The notes beneath the pieces are model-generated. The model was not told the origin of the DNA. It was given only the letters and a program-made list of their open reading frames with translations, and made no database searches. Positions 42,601 through 56,900 of a stretch of DNA of 64,000 nucleotides are shown here, piece by piece. The stretch lies in contig LWCA01000056.1 in assembly GCA_001642005.1 (NCBI GenBank), positions 1 through 64,000 on the forward strand, given 5' to 3'. Position 1 is the first letter of the stretch, and each line of letters starts with the position of its first letter. The position numbers and the translations under genes were made by a program. This DNA is from Intoshia linei. Its lineage: Eukaryota > Animalia > Orthonectida.

Positions 42601-45600
42601 GATTTTCTAGTCGATCACCAAAATTAAAAAATTAGAATTAATTTTTTATTTTAATAAGACTCGTCATTAAAATAATCTCTATTTTAATATTTATAAAATT
42701 TAATTGTATATATATTGTTAAAAAGTAGTTCATTATATGTGGAGTGCCGGAAGTTTATTTATTTAACCATTTCTCTAGCAATATTATTAAATGATATACT
42801 TGCTACATTAAATTGTAACGTTTTTATTAGTCCACTAATTCTTATACTACGTTTTTCCAATAATTTTCAAATATACAGCGAAAGTGCTTCGAATTATTCC
42901 GAATTTTAATTTTTTTTTCTACGATCGTACTTTTTAATTTTTAACATAGGTTCCGATCAGAAACATTCCTCTGGTCAATGTATCAGTCGATCGTCACTTA
43001 TTGAAAAATTTTAAAGTCGATCGCATCAAAAAAAGGTTGAACACCCCTGGTATAGATCAGCGGTCTTAAATGCCGCTCCGCGGAAAATGTTTTTGAAGAT
43101 TGACATACAATAAAATTTATTGTATAAATCAGGGTGGTCCTAAGAATGCTCGCTGGCCGCATGCGGCCCACTAGATCCAATTCTTTAGTAACATATTGTG
43201 CAAAACAGGTATATAACAAAATTATATAATAAATATATTATTGAATATTGACGTGGAATTTCTAACAAGATTTGCTGATTTTGATTCTATTAAACCTAAA
43301 TTGGAGCTTTTGAATAATAGCTATGGATGTAGAAATTATAAATATGTCACACAATCTATAATTAAAGTTGTTTGAATTACAATCAGATTCTTTCATTTTA
43401 ATAATTTAAGAAAAAATTTTTTTTCAAACCAAAAAAATCTGATTTGACCATCTGTGAAATAATGTAGTTTATAGCTTATTTCCAATTTTAGCTAGACACA
43501 CATAAAATTTGTTGAGACGCACAAAGCGTCATGGCGCACCGTTTGAAAAACATTGGTTTACAGAAATATCGTAATTACCACATTACCTAGCATTATTTAT
43601 TTTTTAGAACATTAATTCTGTATTAATTGTGTACTAATTATTCTCAACTTCTTAGATAATAAAATATTTTGAAGAATGATGAAATAATTATGTAAAATTT
43701 CTTTTTGGCCCCCACTCGCCATATGATTGGACCATCCTGCTTTAAATTATTATTGATTTTAAAATTAATTAAAAAAATTTATAATTTATTTATTTTCGTA
43801 TTTTCTTAGTAATTTCGTATTAAGAGATTTGTATTTCTTTAGTAAGAAAGTACCGTTATTTACAATCTTATTTTTTCTGGAATTTAAGCTATTTATGACA
43901 ATTTTTAAGATTGTACTGTTTTTACTTTATTTTTAAGATTATACAATAGGGGTGTTCCAAATTTTTATAAATTAAATCCAAATACTGATAAAGTTGCGTG
44001 TGATAATTTTATGATAATCGTGAAAATTTTTAGTGGAAGAGCTTGCCATTTTAAAAATTTTATACAAAAATGTTCTACAAAAACTAAAATATAACTTTAT
44101 TTACTGGAATGTTACGATGAGATCCTGTTGTTATGTCTTGAGTGGTCGTGTGTTGGTCGTCATGTTTGGTTGTTCATTTTGCACCTTTAAATTTAATTCT
44201 ACCTCGTTTACTTAATATTTTATAGATGTTTAAAGTTCTTATAATTATATAAAAATTATCATTTTTCATTGATATAAATTTTTACTAAAAACAAAGATGT
44301 CCCATCGGCAAAGCTAGGTGCTGTTTGTACGTAGTACATAACAGTCAAGCTAGTTTTTTATAAAATTATAAAAATAAAATACAGTACAGTCAAACAGCGC
44401 TTAACGATTAGTAGATAATTTTTTTACTACAATTTACTGGTAACTATATTATGCAAGTGTTAATAAAATAATTAAAAAAAAAGTAAACAGAAATTTAGGG
44501 AATTCTTAATCAATGAAAATTGACAATATTGTATAATGAAAAGTTATAGAAAAAAATAATTAAATATGTCAAGAAATCAAGACTTTAGATTAAACCAGAC
44601 GACACAAACTTCCAAATAAACATTATCAAGATAATATAAAGCATTACATTCATCAAAAAATCCGTAGATACGATTTATTGACGCACATTCATGATTTCCG
44701 CGGAGTAAAAATATATTATTTGGATATTTGATTTTATAAGATAATAACAAGCAAATGCATTCCAATGACTGTTTACCTCTATCGACATAATCGCCTAAAT
44801 TATTTAAGTTTATAGCAATTGCAATTCGAATAACAAAAATTACCTAGAAATAAATAGTTTGTGTTTGGTGGGAAATTCGCATGCGAAAACAATCTCAAAA
44901 GATCATTAAACTGTCCGTGAATATCTCCTAAATTTAAATATATATTTAAAAGTACACTGCAATAATCTATATAATGTTCAATCATAAGTTGCAAAAAAAA
45001 CTTGGGACTAACGATAACGACACATCCACAATAAAAATGAATCTTAACTATAAATAGCAAAAACCTTTATAAAAACCAAACAAAAAAATAAAAATATATT
45101 ATTATAGGGCAGTGAGTTTATTTCTAAATCGATATAAACAGCGAAAAGTTTAAAACGAGCTTCAGCATTCTCTCCACAATTCGCCATTAATTTAAAATAT
45201 AAACTATCAGTTTTAAAACTATTTTTCAAAATAAGTTAAGTTATTTTGTTTTATATTTAATTTAAATTTTAAAGGTTTTATCTTCTCTTTCTATAGTTTT
45301 AAATTCTCCATCCCGCCAACTTTTTCTAAATCCCAAGAATGGCGAGTTATAGAGAGAATACTGTATATACCATTTCACAGAGGGTCAGTTACATTAGATT
45401 TTTTTGTTTTTTGAACGGAAACAAATTTTATCTTAAATTTGCAGTTTCCCTTAAAAAATCGTATACTATATAACAGATTCTCAGATAATAAATAGCATTA
45501 AAAATATTTTAACCCCTGATGCGTATCTGTCATTCTTATAAAACATATATCAAGACTAACAATCGTACAAATATTTCAATAACATTACTATAATAATTTT

Positions 45601-46048
45601 TCTAATTAAATCAAAGGTTATGTGATATTTCTATCAAAAAATCATATTAGAAATATAATAGCGAATATTATTATTTTGTATTCTTGGAAAATTTTACTTT
45701 TCATTGTCCATTTAAATTTCACCACACAGTGTTTATAAATTATGGCGCGGTTTATAAGATTAATAAAAAAGAGCAAAATTAAAATAAACACATTTCGATG
45801 TAAAACTATAAAAAGTAAATTACCACATATAGTTAAAGGAGCGTCAAGATATAAAAGGCTTGGTTGGTTAAGAATAATTTGATGACTTTTGGTAACAACT
45901 TGTATGATGTGTTTTTCTTCTAATGGTATAATTTTATCTCTTCTTTGAAACCTTGCTAAAATATAAATAAATAAAATGGTACATTATTACCATTTTCCAA
46001 AGTGTCGATAAATTTATCCAAATCAAATGGTGATTCAGATGTAGACAT
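39610..46048 (-). CDS. PPP1C: Ser/Thr protein phosphatase PP1 catalytic subunit, divergent paralog
   Basis: 11 exons: [113 protein letters not shown]. Confidence 0.95.
41468..41721. mobile_element. MITE with 8-bp TSD (hAT-like)
   Basis: TAGGCCGTGGAGAGG / CCTCTCTACGGTTCTG; TSD ATCATGAT; related ends at ~24500 and ~33460. Confidence 0.7.
42571..43049. mobile_element. hAT MITE
   Basis: CAGGGATACCCAAAC / GTTGAACACCCCTG; TSD GTATAGAT at 42563-70 and 43050-57. Confidence 0.8.
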
Positions 46049-46663
46049 TGTAATAAATTACATAAAACTTGTAAAACAAATAATCTCAATATTGGTTACA
46101 GAGTATTTGGTTAATATAATTTAAAATATTGAAATACAATAGTAATGTAAACACATTCGTATATTTAAATTTAAATTATGTATTTAGACTTTATTTTTTA
46201 CCATGTAACTTTTTTTATTTTGATAAATTGTAAAGTCAAAACGTAATTTGAATACAATGAACCAATTGTATTTGATTTAAGGTTTCATTTTTTATTTATG
46301 CAACTGTTGTACAAATTATTCCATTAACTCATTTTATTCTAGAATCTAGATTTTAACTATTAAAGTTTAAGTCTTAATGTTAAGGCATTGTTTAAGCATT
46401 ATATAAATTAGAAATGTCATCACTGCCTAAAGAAAAAATTATAAAATTGATAACTAAAATTCAAACTTAAAGTTTTAAATTTAAAACGTCAAGTGAAGAG
46501 TGTCAGAACCTAATATCTGAAAAAATATTTTAAGAATTTATTTTCATTTCTGGAAGGCCTCGCGCTCGGTAGGTTGGTCTTTGTCGTCAACCAAAATAAA
46601 TTTTAGATTTAATTCAACTTTTAGACATAATGAAAAATTATTTTTTGTGCACTTTTGGGTATA

Positions 46664-46745
46664 CAGTCGATTCTCTCTATACAAACATACATTTCATTGA
46701 AATATCCTCTGTACTGAAACGTTTTGGTATAGAGAGAATCGACTG
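46664..46745. mobile_element. 82-bp Tc1/pogo-type mini-MITE
   Basis: Perfect 19-bp TIR CAGTCGATTCTCTCTATAC, flanked by TA. Confidence 0.85.
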
Positions 46746-46893
46746 TATATTACAAGGTTTTTGTGTATTTACACTGTATTGTACAATTTGTACTATTGTA
46801 AAATAAATTACATTTATATTAAAATTTTAATTTAAATTAAAATCTAAACATAGTTACCATGATATTATTTTAATTTAAACTATAAATATTGGC

Positions 46894-49800
46894 ATGAATG
46901 TTTTGAAATATTTTTTAAATGGATCAAAAATTATTCAACGAAAATTCTCTAGTGGTAATATGCACTATATGTAACTATGTGACACGGTCGGTAGAACATG
47001 ACTAAATAAAATAAGTTTTATTAGATTATAATTTATGTAAAGCAGTGTTTCCCAACCTTTTTTACTACATTAACCATTAGGGGTGTTCCAAAATTTTATA
47101 AATTAGGTCCAAATACTGATAAAGTTGCGTGTGATAATTTTATGATAATCGTGAAAAGAAGAAAAATTTTTAGTGGAAGAGCTTGCCATTTTAAAAATGT
47201 TCTACAAAAACTAAAATAAAACTTTATTTACTGGAATGCTACGATGACATCTTGTAGTGATGTTTTGAGTTGTCTTGTGTTGATCATCATGTTTGATTGT
47301 TCACTTTGCACCTTTAAATTTACTTCTACCTCGTTTACTTATTATTTTATAGATGTTTAAAGTTCTTATAATTTTATAAAAATTTTCACTAAAAACAAAA
47401 ATAAATGAGATAGAATTGAATTTAAAGATGCAAAGTGAATAACCAAACATGACGAACAACACAAGACCACTCAAAACATAAATACAGGATCTCATCGTAG
47501 CATTCCAGTAAATAAAGTTGTATTTTAGTTTTTGTAGAACATTTTTAAAATGGCAAGCTCTTCCACTAAAAATTTTTCTTCTTTTCACGATTATCATAAA
47601 ATTATCACACGCAACTTTATCAGTATTTGAACCATGAAATTTAAAAAAAAAGTATAAAAAATCACACCCTATTAACCATATTATAGTACTTATTTTGATA
47701 TTACCAACAATATTTGTTTAACTGCATATTGGATGACCAGATTTTTAGGATAAGAGCGATATAGATTTTATTGTTAATAATAATTGAATAAAAATTTTTA
47801 AAAAACTAATTTCACAAAATACACATGTAGTAAAATAAATTCTGATTTTTTTTGAAATGGTAGGAAGAATATTTAAATTTTTATTTTTCAAGGCGAAAGT
47901 AAATTTTGTTTATGCTGATAAAGATGAAAATTTCAAACAGTAAAATCTATCTTACTCGCTGTAACAGAAAAAAAATTAAAGACTTGTAATTTTTTTGTTT
48001 TTAATATTCTGAGACTGTTGCGACATGTCGGATTAAAATAAGATCAAAACCATGTATAATTTTTTTCACGTATAATCAAAATATTACGTTTTTGATAATA
48101 ATAAAAAAAGTTTCCAAATAAAAAAAATACTAAATTGCTTTTTTGATGGAGAAGGCGTCAGTTTTGTCAGATTGAAAATTTTTGTATACGTTAATTGGAT
48201 ATAGATATAACTGTATCAACAATTTTTTAAAAAATTATATGGTTATTTTCATTTTTTAAAAAAAGGGTAATCTGGAGTTTCTATCGTGAAAATGCACTTT
48301 TTTGAGGTTGTCATTCATGACAATGCTTATGATTTTAATAACTATCCCAGAATTTATGTTTTTTTAAATTTTTGGTGGATTTTATTTTTAAAAAAAAAAG
48401 GGGTTTTTGACGATGAAGGATTCAATTTTGGGAAATATAACTTTAATAAAAACTAAATACAAATATCACCTGCGAAAAATGTATTAGAAATTGGTTTTTT
48501 AAATTCTACGACTGTTAACTTTTTAAATAAACTGTAACACACATACAATCCAATATGATAGAAATAAAGGATATTCATTTTTTACATGACTACATTTTAT
48601 TATTATTTGCATTATTCCATTTAGAAAAAATTATATAATACGTTACTGTGCATACGACTAAAAAAACAAAATAAAAATTCCTATTTTTTAGAAAAAATTT
48701 CGTGATTACGCATGAAAAATATCAAATTACTAACTCGTGGGTAAATACCCACAGGTTGGAAATCACTGATGTAAAGTGTATACTGAGAAACCCAAATTGA
48801 ATGGTTTACATCAGTTTCCATTTAAACTTTTGTCTTAATTAGCAGTGGCAGCTGGCACTAGCATTTCAGGCATTATTTGTATAATAATAATATAAATAAT
48901 AATAATAAATAAGTCAAAAATATACAAATGTATCAGAAATTATCCTAATATAATCTGACACTAATTTATAAATTATAAAATTGAGAATAATTAGGAAATT
49001 ATACTTGTAAATTGATTTTATAATTTAGTTGCACATGCTTCTAATAATTTAAACACAGAATATGGTGTATGGCTAGAAAGTTTAAAAAAAGTTGAAAATG
49101 AAAAATTAGATATCATCAAGTTGGATTCAAAAGTTTTTCTCTCTAATCCAAGGTTTTTTCAATGCCAATTTTTATTATTATTAATGTTAATTTGAAGATT
49201 GGACGTATTATGGTGGAATGTGGACTGGCAGAAAAGATTGAACAAATTTGTATTTTGAATTTAACCTTTTAAAAGTAATTTCATAGAATTATGCATTCTT
49301 TCCAAATAGAGCTCAAATGCGTGGTGGGGGAAAAAAGCCATGGAGACAAAAAGGACTCGGAAGGGCTCGAGCTGGAAGTATTAGATCACCATTATTTGTA
49401 AATGGTATGTTTCAGTTAAATATTTTCATTTTGATTTATTCTAATTTTCACAATTATACATTTATATATTGTTAGGCGGAAAAACGTTTGGTCCTCAAGG
49501 TGCTGCTAGTAGATTTTACATGTTGCCTTATAATACGCGAGTTTTGGGGTTGAAAACTGCACTATCTTTTAAATTGTTGCAGGTTGTATATTTATTTATT
49601 TTTTGGTAAATTTACATTTAGGGGGATTTACACGTTGTTGATTCTTTGTTTATACCTGTCCCAAGTAAAAATGTAATTTTAATATATTTCTTTGATTAGT
49701 TTTTTATAAACTTGTAGTATATCGAAAAATTAATGGAAACTAGAAAGTGGGGTTTCTCTGTACAATATGTTACCACGTAATTTCATTTGTTTAATGATTA

Positions 49801-51859
49801 TCTTGTACCCTCAAACATTTTTTGATTTAGTCACAGATTATCATTAGTCGTCGTAAATTTTTAAATATAGTGTTTTCGTATTTATACAGAATCTGATATA
49901 AATAATACTAATGATATAATACATATCTTGGATCAATTTCCAATTTTTTGTTTTTAATCATTATAAAGAATAACGTTTCCTTACATTTTTTTCAATATTT
50001 CCTGCTCCCGCTTCTACTATAATGCTATAAATTCGGGTGAACACAATTTCAATATTTTTAAATTTATGATAGATCATGAGCCAAAATTTTTCGTTGTAAT
50101 TAGCAAACATAAAATCCAAAAAGTTTATAAGGCCGTTCAAGGGCACAGAATAGCAATTTATTATTTAAATATACAGAGTAAGAGTATTACTTACTTATAT
50201 AACCAAATTAATTATAGTAAAGCTGAATAAGGTTCAATTAATATTTTTAAATGTAGAATAACATTTAAATCGATAAATTTTTATTGTGAATTTTTTATAC
50301 AAAATTATTAAATTTAGTCAAAATTATATCGTTACAAAGGAATGTTTCGTACATTATTTTTTAACGAGCTGCTAATTTCATTGCTCTTACAGGGTGGCGC
50401 TGAACTAATGTTTGGAAAAAATTTATTTTCAATCTCTTTAAAATTTTTAACCAGGATTTATCATTGCATGTTATTAACACTATGGGTGTGCTAACATTTG
50501 AAATTTCTTATCATTTCTATATTTTTCAACTACTGCATATGAAGTATATAACACGCATAGTGTTAATAATAATTTATACTAGTTAGTATAACTTACAATA
50601 TTGACTTATTTTTATCAAACTAAATTTAGTAATGATGAAAACACGGCAAATTTGATAGAAGCATGTTCAAATATCAAGGGGTTCAGTGTCTTGCCAGTTG
50701 AAGGTTATTATTATTTAGTTAGTAGTTAGTTTAGGTTAGTTATTATTATTACAATTTCATTATTTTGTCTATTTTTATTTGACTGAGATTAGTATTCTCA
50801 TAGAGATAACTAATATTTTTAAAGGGTCATAATGATGTCTACCACAATTCCTCAGATCCAAGTACATAAGTTATGTAATATACAATTACTAGGTTGACTG
50901 TTATGTATTACGTACAAACATCACCTAGCTCTGTCGAGGGCACATTTTTATTATACGAAAAAAATAAATTAACGTTGAAAATTTTACTATTAACTATTAA
51001 ATTCTTTAAAGGAGTGGTTTCCAAATTTGTTTTAGGTGTAACCATCATATCACATTACTTTTTACTTTAAAGTGAATTATTCCATCTTAATTTTTTGTTT
51101 GTTAACATTTGTTTAAAGAATTTTAAAAACAATTTTTATCACATTTTTTTAATTTATTAGACAGAATGTGTTTATAATATTAAAAATAAAGTAAAAACAG
51201 TCCAATTCTAAAAATTGTCATAAATAGCATAAATTGAGAAAAAATAAAATTATAAAAACCTATTTTGTCATTTTCAATGTGATGACATATATATAGTACC
51301 AATTTAGATTTCTCGGGTTGAACTTTTGTATTTATATCAACTGGAATAAGCTCTATCAGAATAATTATTCATTGATAAATCTCGTAAGAGTTAATAACAT
51401 AGTTACGAAATAACAAAATGAATACCAAAGTGTTTTTTTGACCGTGAAAGACGTCACTTTTTGACATTCAAATTTTTTGTATACCTTAATATACATTTAT
51501 ATTGTTGAATATCACGATTTAGAATGATACTTTATGGTATTACTGCTTTTATGAATATCATAATACAGTGAAACCACTAAAATTGGTCACTTTGAGAAGG
51601 TCGTATTATTTAGTAACGATTTTAAAAATAAACCTAAGTGTGACTTACATTTGTATGTATTTTTAATTTTTTATATTTAGCCCTAAATGTATACGGTTTA
51701 CTTAAACACGAAACAATAGTCATTACACAAAAAGCTGTTGAACATATTCAAGATTGCATAATAAAATGTTCAAATAAATTAGACTATCGTGAAAAGGCAT
51801 ACAAAGCTCAAAGGAAAAAGTTGTTGAACAATCAACAATTAATTAATAATTTATTATAA
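46894..51859 (+). CDS. MRPL4: Mitochondrial ribosomal protein L4 (uL4m)
   Basis: Basic N-terminal presequence [20 protein letters not shown]; VWLESL...[14 protein letters not shown]...[39 protein letters not shown]...YMLP...[22 protein letters not shown]...[13 protein letters not shown]. Confidence 0.94.
47043..48768. mobile_element. hAT element hosting nested insertions (MRPL4 intron 1)
   Basis: CAGTGTTTCCCAACC / GGTTGGAAATCACTG; TSD ATGTAAAG at 47035-42 and 48769-76. Confidence 0.85.
47078..47671. mobile_element. Foldback (long-TIR) hAT-like MITE
   Basis: ~260-bp inverted arms; termini TAGGGGTG / CACCCTA; TSD TTAACCAT at 47070-77 and 47672-79; partial copy at ~43947-44290. Confidence 0.9.
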
Positions 51860-51956
51860 TTTGTTAATTTCGTTGTTTTAATAAAAATTTATTTAATTTT
51901 CTTGATAAAAATATGTTTCTTGTATCAAATTTTTTGTTAAAACAGTATGATGTATA

Positions 51957-52598
51957 CAGTGTTTTCTATATACTCCAAACATATTAATTTACATAAATAA
52001 AATGTATTAACATGTAAAAAATCATTTGTATATTTTATGCTGTGCTCACTGAGCACTGCTCAGAATATTGTATTGTTATATAATAACTAAATATTTTTTC
52101 TTTAATGTGAAATTTGAAGTTGCATTTTAGCTATAATTATTGATATCCTGGGCAGTGTATGCGACAAGTCGAGCCTCATATCATCTTTAACATTCAATCT
52201 GTTTATTGACTGTGTTTTTATATGAACAAGCGTATAAAATCCTGCTTCACATAGATACGTTGACAGAAAGATAGTAGAAATCTCAAAGTAATCGTAAATA
52301 CATTTGGATATGAATCAATCATATTAAACCAAAAAGTACTCAGTGGTTTTTCATAGATAATATTACGTGCGGTGTAATCATTTATTAATCCAAAACTTCA
52401 TCATGTATTTTATCAGGAATGGTTTCTATATTGAGTGAAAAAGAACATTTTAAATTATAATACAGAATGTAAAAATATTTCCGTAACATTATTACTGTCA
52501 ATATTATATTAAAATAAAAAAAATAAATATATTCATAAAATTTTAATTATCTCACGACGCCCTGATAAATTTCGCGACGCACCAGTTAAAAATCATGG
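51957..52598 (-). mobile_element. Degenerate hAT (Charlie-like) with transposase dimerisation-domain remnant
   Basis: Minus strand ~52140-52320 reads SYPNV...FLSTYLCEAGFYTLVHIKTQSINRLNVKDDMRL..SHTLPRI. Confidence 0.75.
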
Positions 52599-53919
52599 TG
52601 TTAAGTGTATATAACTGTATCATCTGTAATTTTTTTTAAAATTCTATGACCATTTTCATTTTTAAAAAAAGGTAATCTGGGTTTTTCATAGTAAAAATAA
52701 TATTTTTTGAAGTTACCATTTAAGATAATTATTATAATATGACATCGAAAAATAGATAAAATAACATCTAGGGAAAAACTGTATTTGAAATTGGGTTTCA
52801 ATAAATAATACGTCTATCAATTTTTTTAACACATAACAGTAAATAAACGGTAACACGTACACATACATTAATTTTTATTTACATTGTAAGTAAAGGATTT
52901 AAACATTTTATAATGATAATAATACTCTTGGGAAATTTTTACATATTTTGAAGAGTGTCAAATATTTCCTCAAAAATACGTATTTATGGTCACAATATTT
53001 TAGGTAAAGGATAACAAAAGATAAATAAAAAGCCTTAATAACATTAATTTAATATATAATATTATCTGTTTATACTTGCTGATATGTTCATTTATTTGAA
53101 GATTGGAATCGTGTTGGGTAATTTTAAGGATGTATTATAATGAGTAATAATCTATTTAGTGAGCCTATTTGCACAATACATACATTTACGTATAATTTTT
53201 GAAAAAATAAATTACGTATAAATTGATGGTATCGTGAATCACTATGACCCGGCCCTTATACAGTTTTGTCCACTCAGATAGTAATTATTGTGCAATTACA
53301 AACGAAATAGTTACATTGATGACTTCCATTTGGTTTAGAGTCTACATTTTAGATGACAGTGTCATCATGACACTGGAGTTTATGAAATTTCACAATAGTT
53401 TGTATCCTAGTGCACAACACTGTAATACCCGCAACAGAATTGACCTGATGGACTCCAATTAATAATGTTCTTATTTTGCTAAACTTTAGAAAAACCGACA
53501 AGTACATTTTTTTGCGAACCCGAAAAACGTACCAAATGTTGTTTTTGTAGTTGTCAGATGTTAGGATTTTATCCGAAAGCTTAGACGAAACTACATTATT
53601 ATTTCAAAAAGTCCACTTTTATCCTAAAATTAAGAAAATCTAATAGAAACTATATTTCAATCCCTTAGGAAAAAATTCAAATTTATAGATAGTTTTTTAA
53701 AAACCGATTTTACCAAAACTTTCGAGAAAAAAATCTTAATCCAACCCTAAAAGAAAAAATCCTTATTTTTAGTTATTTTTTTGAAAAATTCGATTAAATA
53801 AAACGATTTATAGATGGGTCTACTTCATTCAAATTTCTAAAAATATCAAAATGTCAATTTTACACGTTATTACAATTTATCTTATATTAATATGAATAAT
53901 AATGATGTATACTGTACAG

Positions 53920-56900
53920 ATAAAGCCGATGCCTGCAGTCAAAATCCATGCACTGGTAAGGCAAAGTGTTACAATATAGATATAAAAACACGTAAGTGTG
54001 TCTGTGCATGGCATATAAATTTCTACCATTACCAACTAAATAAGTGCCGTAAATTTTAATTTTGTATATAACAAATTGTATCAGTGATTCTCAACATTAT
54101 CTAACACTTTTATCGCAATTTCTAAATAGATCTTTTGCAAACTCATAACCATTCTCTTAATAAATATTACGTGTTAGTATGATTATCTATGCATATTAAA
54201 AAATTATTTTAATTATTATTTACTTATACCAGAATTAAACCAATATTAGAATTTAACAAACCTTCTTTTATTCCTTCTGATTTTTTTTCATTTTTAAATA
54301 ATAATTTTTTCATAATAAGTATAGTGTACTTAGTACACCTTTGTTATTATCATTTTTATATTTATTATAATGTTAGTAAAATTAACCCAAAATATGTTTT
54401 AAAGTGCTGATTACGTTAATTATTAATACAAAATTGATATTTTTTACTTTTCGAAAACAGATACTGAATATACCATCACATTAAAAAAAATACATGTTTA
54501 TTTACAATTTTATTTTTTCTGGAATTTACGATATTTATGACAATTTTTATAGTTTACTGTGTTTACTTTATTTTTAAGATTATACACTCATTCTCTCTAA
54601 TAAATTAAAAAATGGGATCACAAAATTTTTTTTAAATTCTTTACACAAATTTTAAAATAAAATTAAATGAGAATAATTCACTTTAAATTAAAATATAATG
54701 TTAAATGACCGGTCCGTGATGAAACAAGTTTGGAAATTACTATTTAAAATATTGATAATAGTGAATAGTAGCATTTTTAAGTTAGATTTTCCTATTGATT
54801 TTATGTTTTTGGTAGAATTAAAAAAGTCTAGGCTAATTCTATTCTAGTTTAGGCAAAAATAGGTGCTGTTTGTAGGTAGTACATAATATACATATAATAA
54901 TTGTACGTACTCTCAAATATTCTCAAATAGTTTTCTCAAATACTAACACAATAATTATTGATCTCAAAATAATGCGAAATCGCTGCATAACTGAAATACC
55001 ACTCAGGTAAGACACAGTGATGTCACATCACTGTGACATGACGTTGAGAATCACCAAATTATTTTATAAAATTATCTACATTTAATTTACATATAAGTTA
55101 GTTAACAAATGCAATAGACATAAATGCGAAAATGAAAACTGCATAACAAATACAAAAGTATTGTATCAAGCATATACATGCAAATGTCACGATGGTTTTT
55201 TTGGAACTTTATGTGGTACAGTAGAAGCCGCTTATAGTCATCAAAATTATTTATCAATTGAGATAACAACTTCAGTAAACTCTCGAAAAGTGACAATTAA
55301 CATATCACTATAGTTACGGTATTAATTAAACCAATTAGTAATTACTAAGTAGTATAATATTTAAAACAAACACAGCAGATGTTATTTTTATTGCATTTCT
55401 CATACCGTACAGTCCTATATTTTTTTAATTTTTAAAATTCGATCAAAAAGTTAACACCTTAGTGTACATACGGTGTATAAACATAATAAAAATATTAATT
55501 ACTTTATAGACTTTAATTTATGACCAAAATTTAGTTTTTAAATGTTGGGATTAATTTTATTTTGCACTAATAAAAAGTAAATTTTAAATAAATTGCGATA
55601 TAGAACTTTAAACTCATTACTAATAATTTTATTATATGTGGATTGCGTTTATCTTGTATTTCTTAAAAATTCTTGATTTTATTTATATATATTCTAATAT
55701 ATTTATATATAATAAAATATAAACAAATATTTCAATTAAAACATTTATCTTCATTTTAAAAAGCCGATTATACCATAAGTTAGAGATAAAAAGTGCTGTT
55801 CCAATGTGATAACTATGAACGGTCTACTATATATACTGTAATAAATTAAATATTTAACCCTTAGACTCCAAAGTACTCAGATATGAGTAATTATTCAATT
55901 TTATACAAATATTATTATTATATTATGTATTTTATTATACATCATATAGCTTTCGAAAATTTTCAAAGTTCAATGTGTTTTTTCTTTTTCAATGTTTATT
56001 GCGCCCAAATTTTTATGTATTTCACTGGTGCACTGTGAAGTAAAAAAGGTTAAGAAACACGGGGTTAGATTGTAATTAAATTAATAATATCATATCAATA
56101 AATTTGAGTTTGATTCTCATTCTTGATTGTGTTTTACCGTCTCATTACATAATAAAATTATATCAATAAAAGTTTCACATTTAGTGGATTATTGTAATAC
56201 TGCAAAATGTTCAATTGAAAGTAGTTTTATAAATTTGGAATCTGTATATACATGTAAATGTAAAGACATTAGATAATATTATGATAATACTTTGAAGGAA
56301 TGCCGTGGTATAATTATAATCAATTAATGAAATACATTGTATTTAGTTTCTCATTGCGCAATATCGAAATACGAGAATCAGCAAACTACCTGTATATATA
56401 GATGTAAGTTATCAGATACAATACTACATAGTTAATTTTAGTACCCAAGATAATTCAAAATTCAATTATAATAATGAATTCCTGTTTCGGGTTGTATAAA
56501 ACAGGGTGCATATTTCAGAAAAAAATAATTTTGAAGATACACTATTATTTTATGCACGCATTAGATGAGTCTATAGTTGTAGACTGCAAAATATATGATG
56601 AAGTTTTAAATATATTTGCAACTACAATTAATGATATCAAAAAAAGTGTTATCAACACCAATCAAGAATATTTTAGACTACACTATGCATATGTTATTCA
56701 ATGTCGTTTTAAAAATGACAGCGAAAATCTTAGATATCTTTATAGAACGCATTTTTTTTGACAGACGTTTATTTGTATCCATTTGCAAACCCAATCATCG
56801 TTTATAGTCCAAAAAATCACATAAAAGCAAATTTTAAGACTGACTTGGATAACATTCAGTGTCAATGGAGTTGTGATAATAAATGTTCAGAATCGATTGG

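Noticed and set aside
47301-47597. 98-aa ORF with a similar ORF at 44033-44215, suggesting a small gene family
   Set aside because: Both lie in arms of the same foldback MITE; the similarity reflects repeat DNA
55102-55296. Minus-strand 64-aa ORF
   Set aside because: Antisense shadow of a + strand EGF exon
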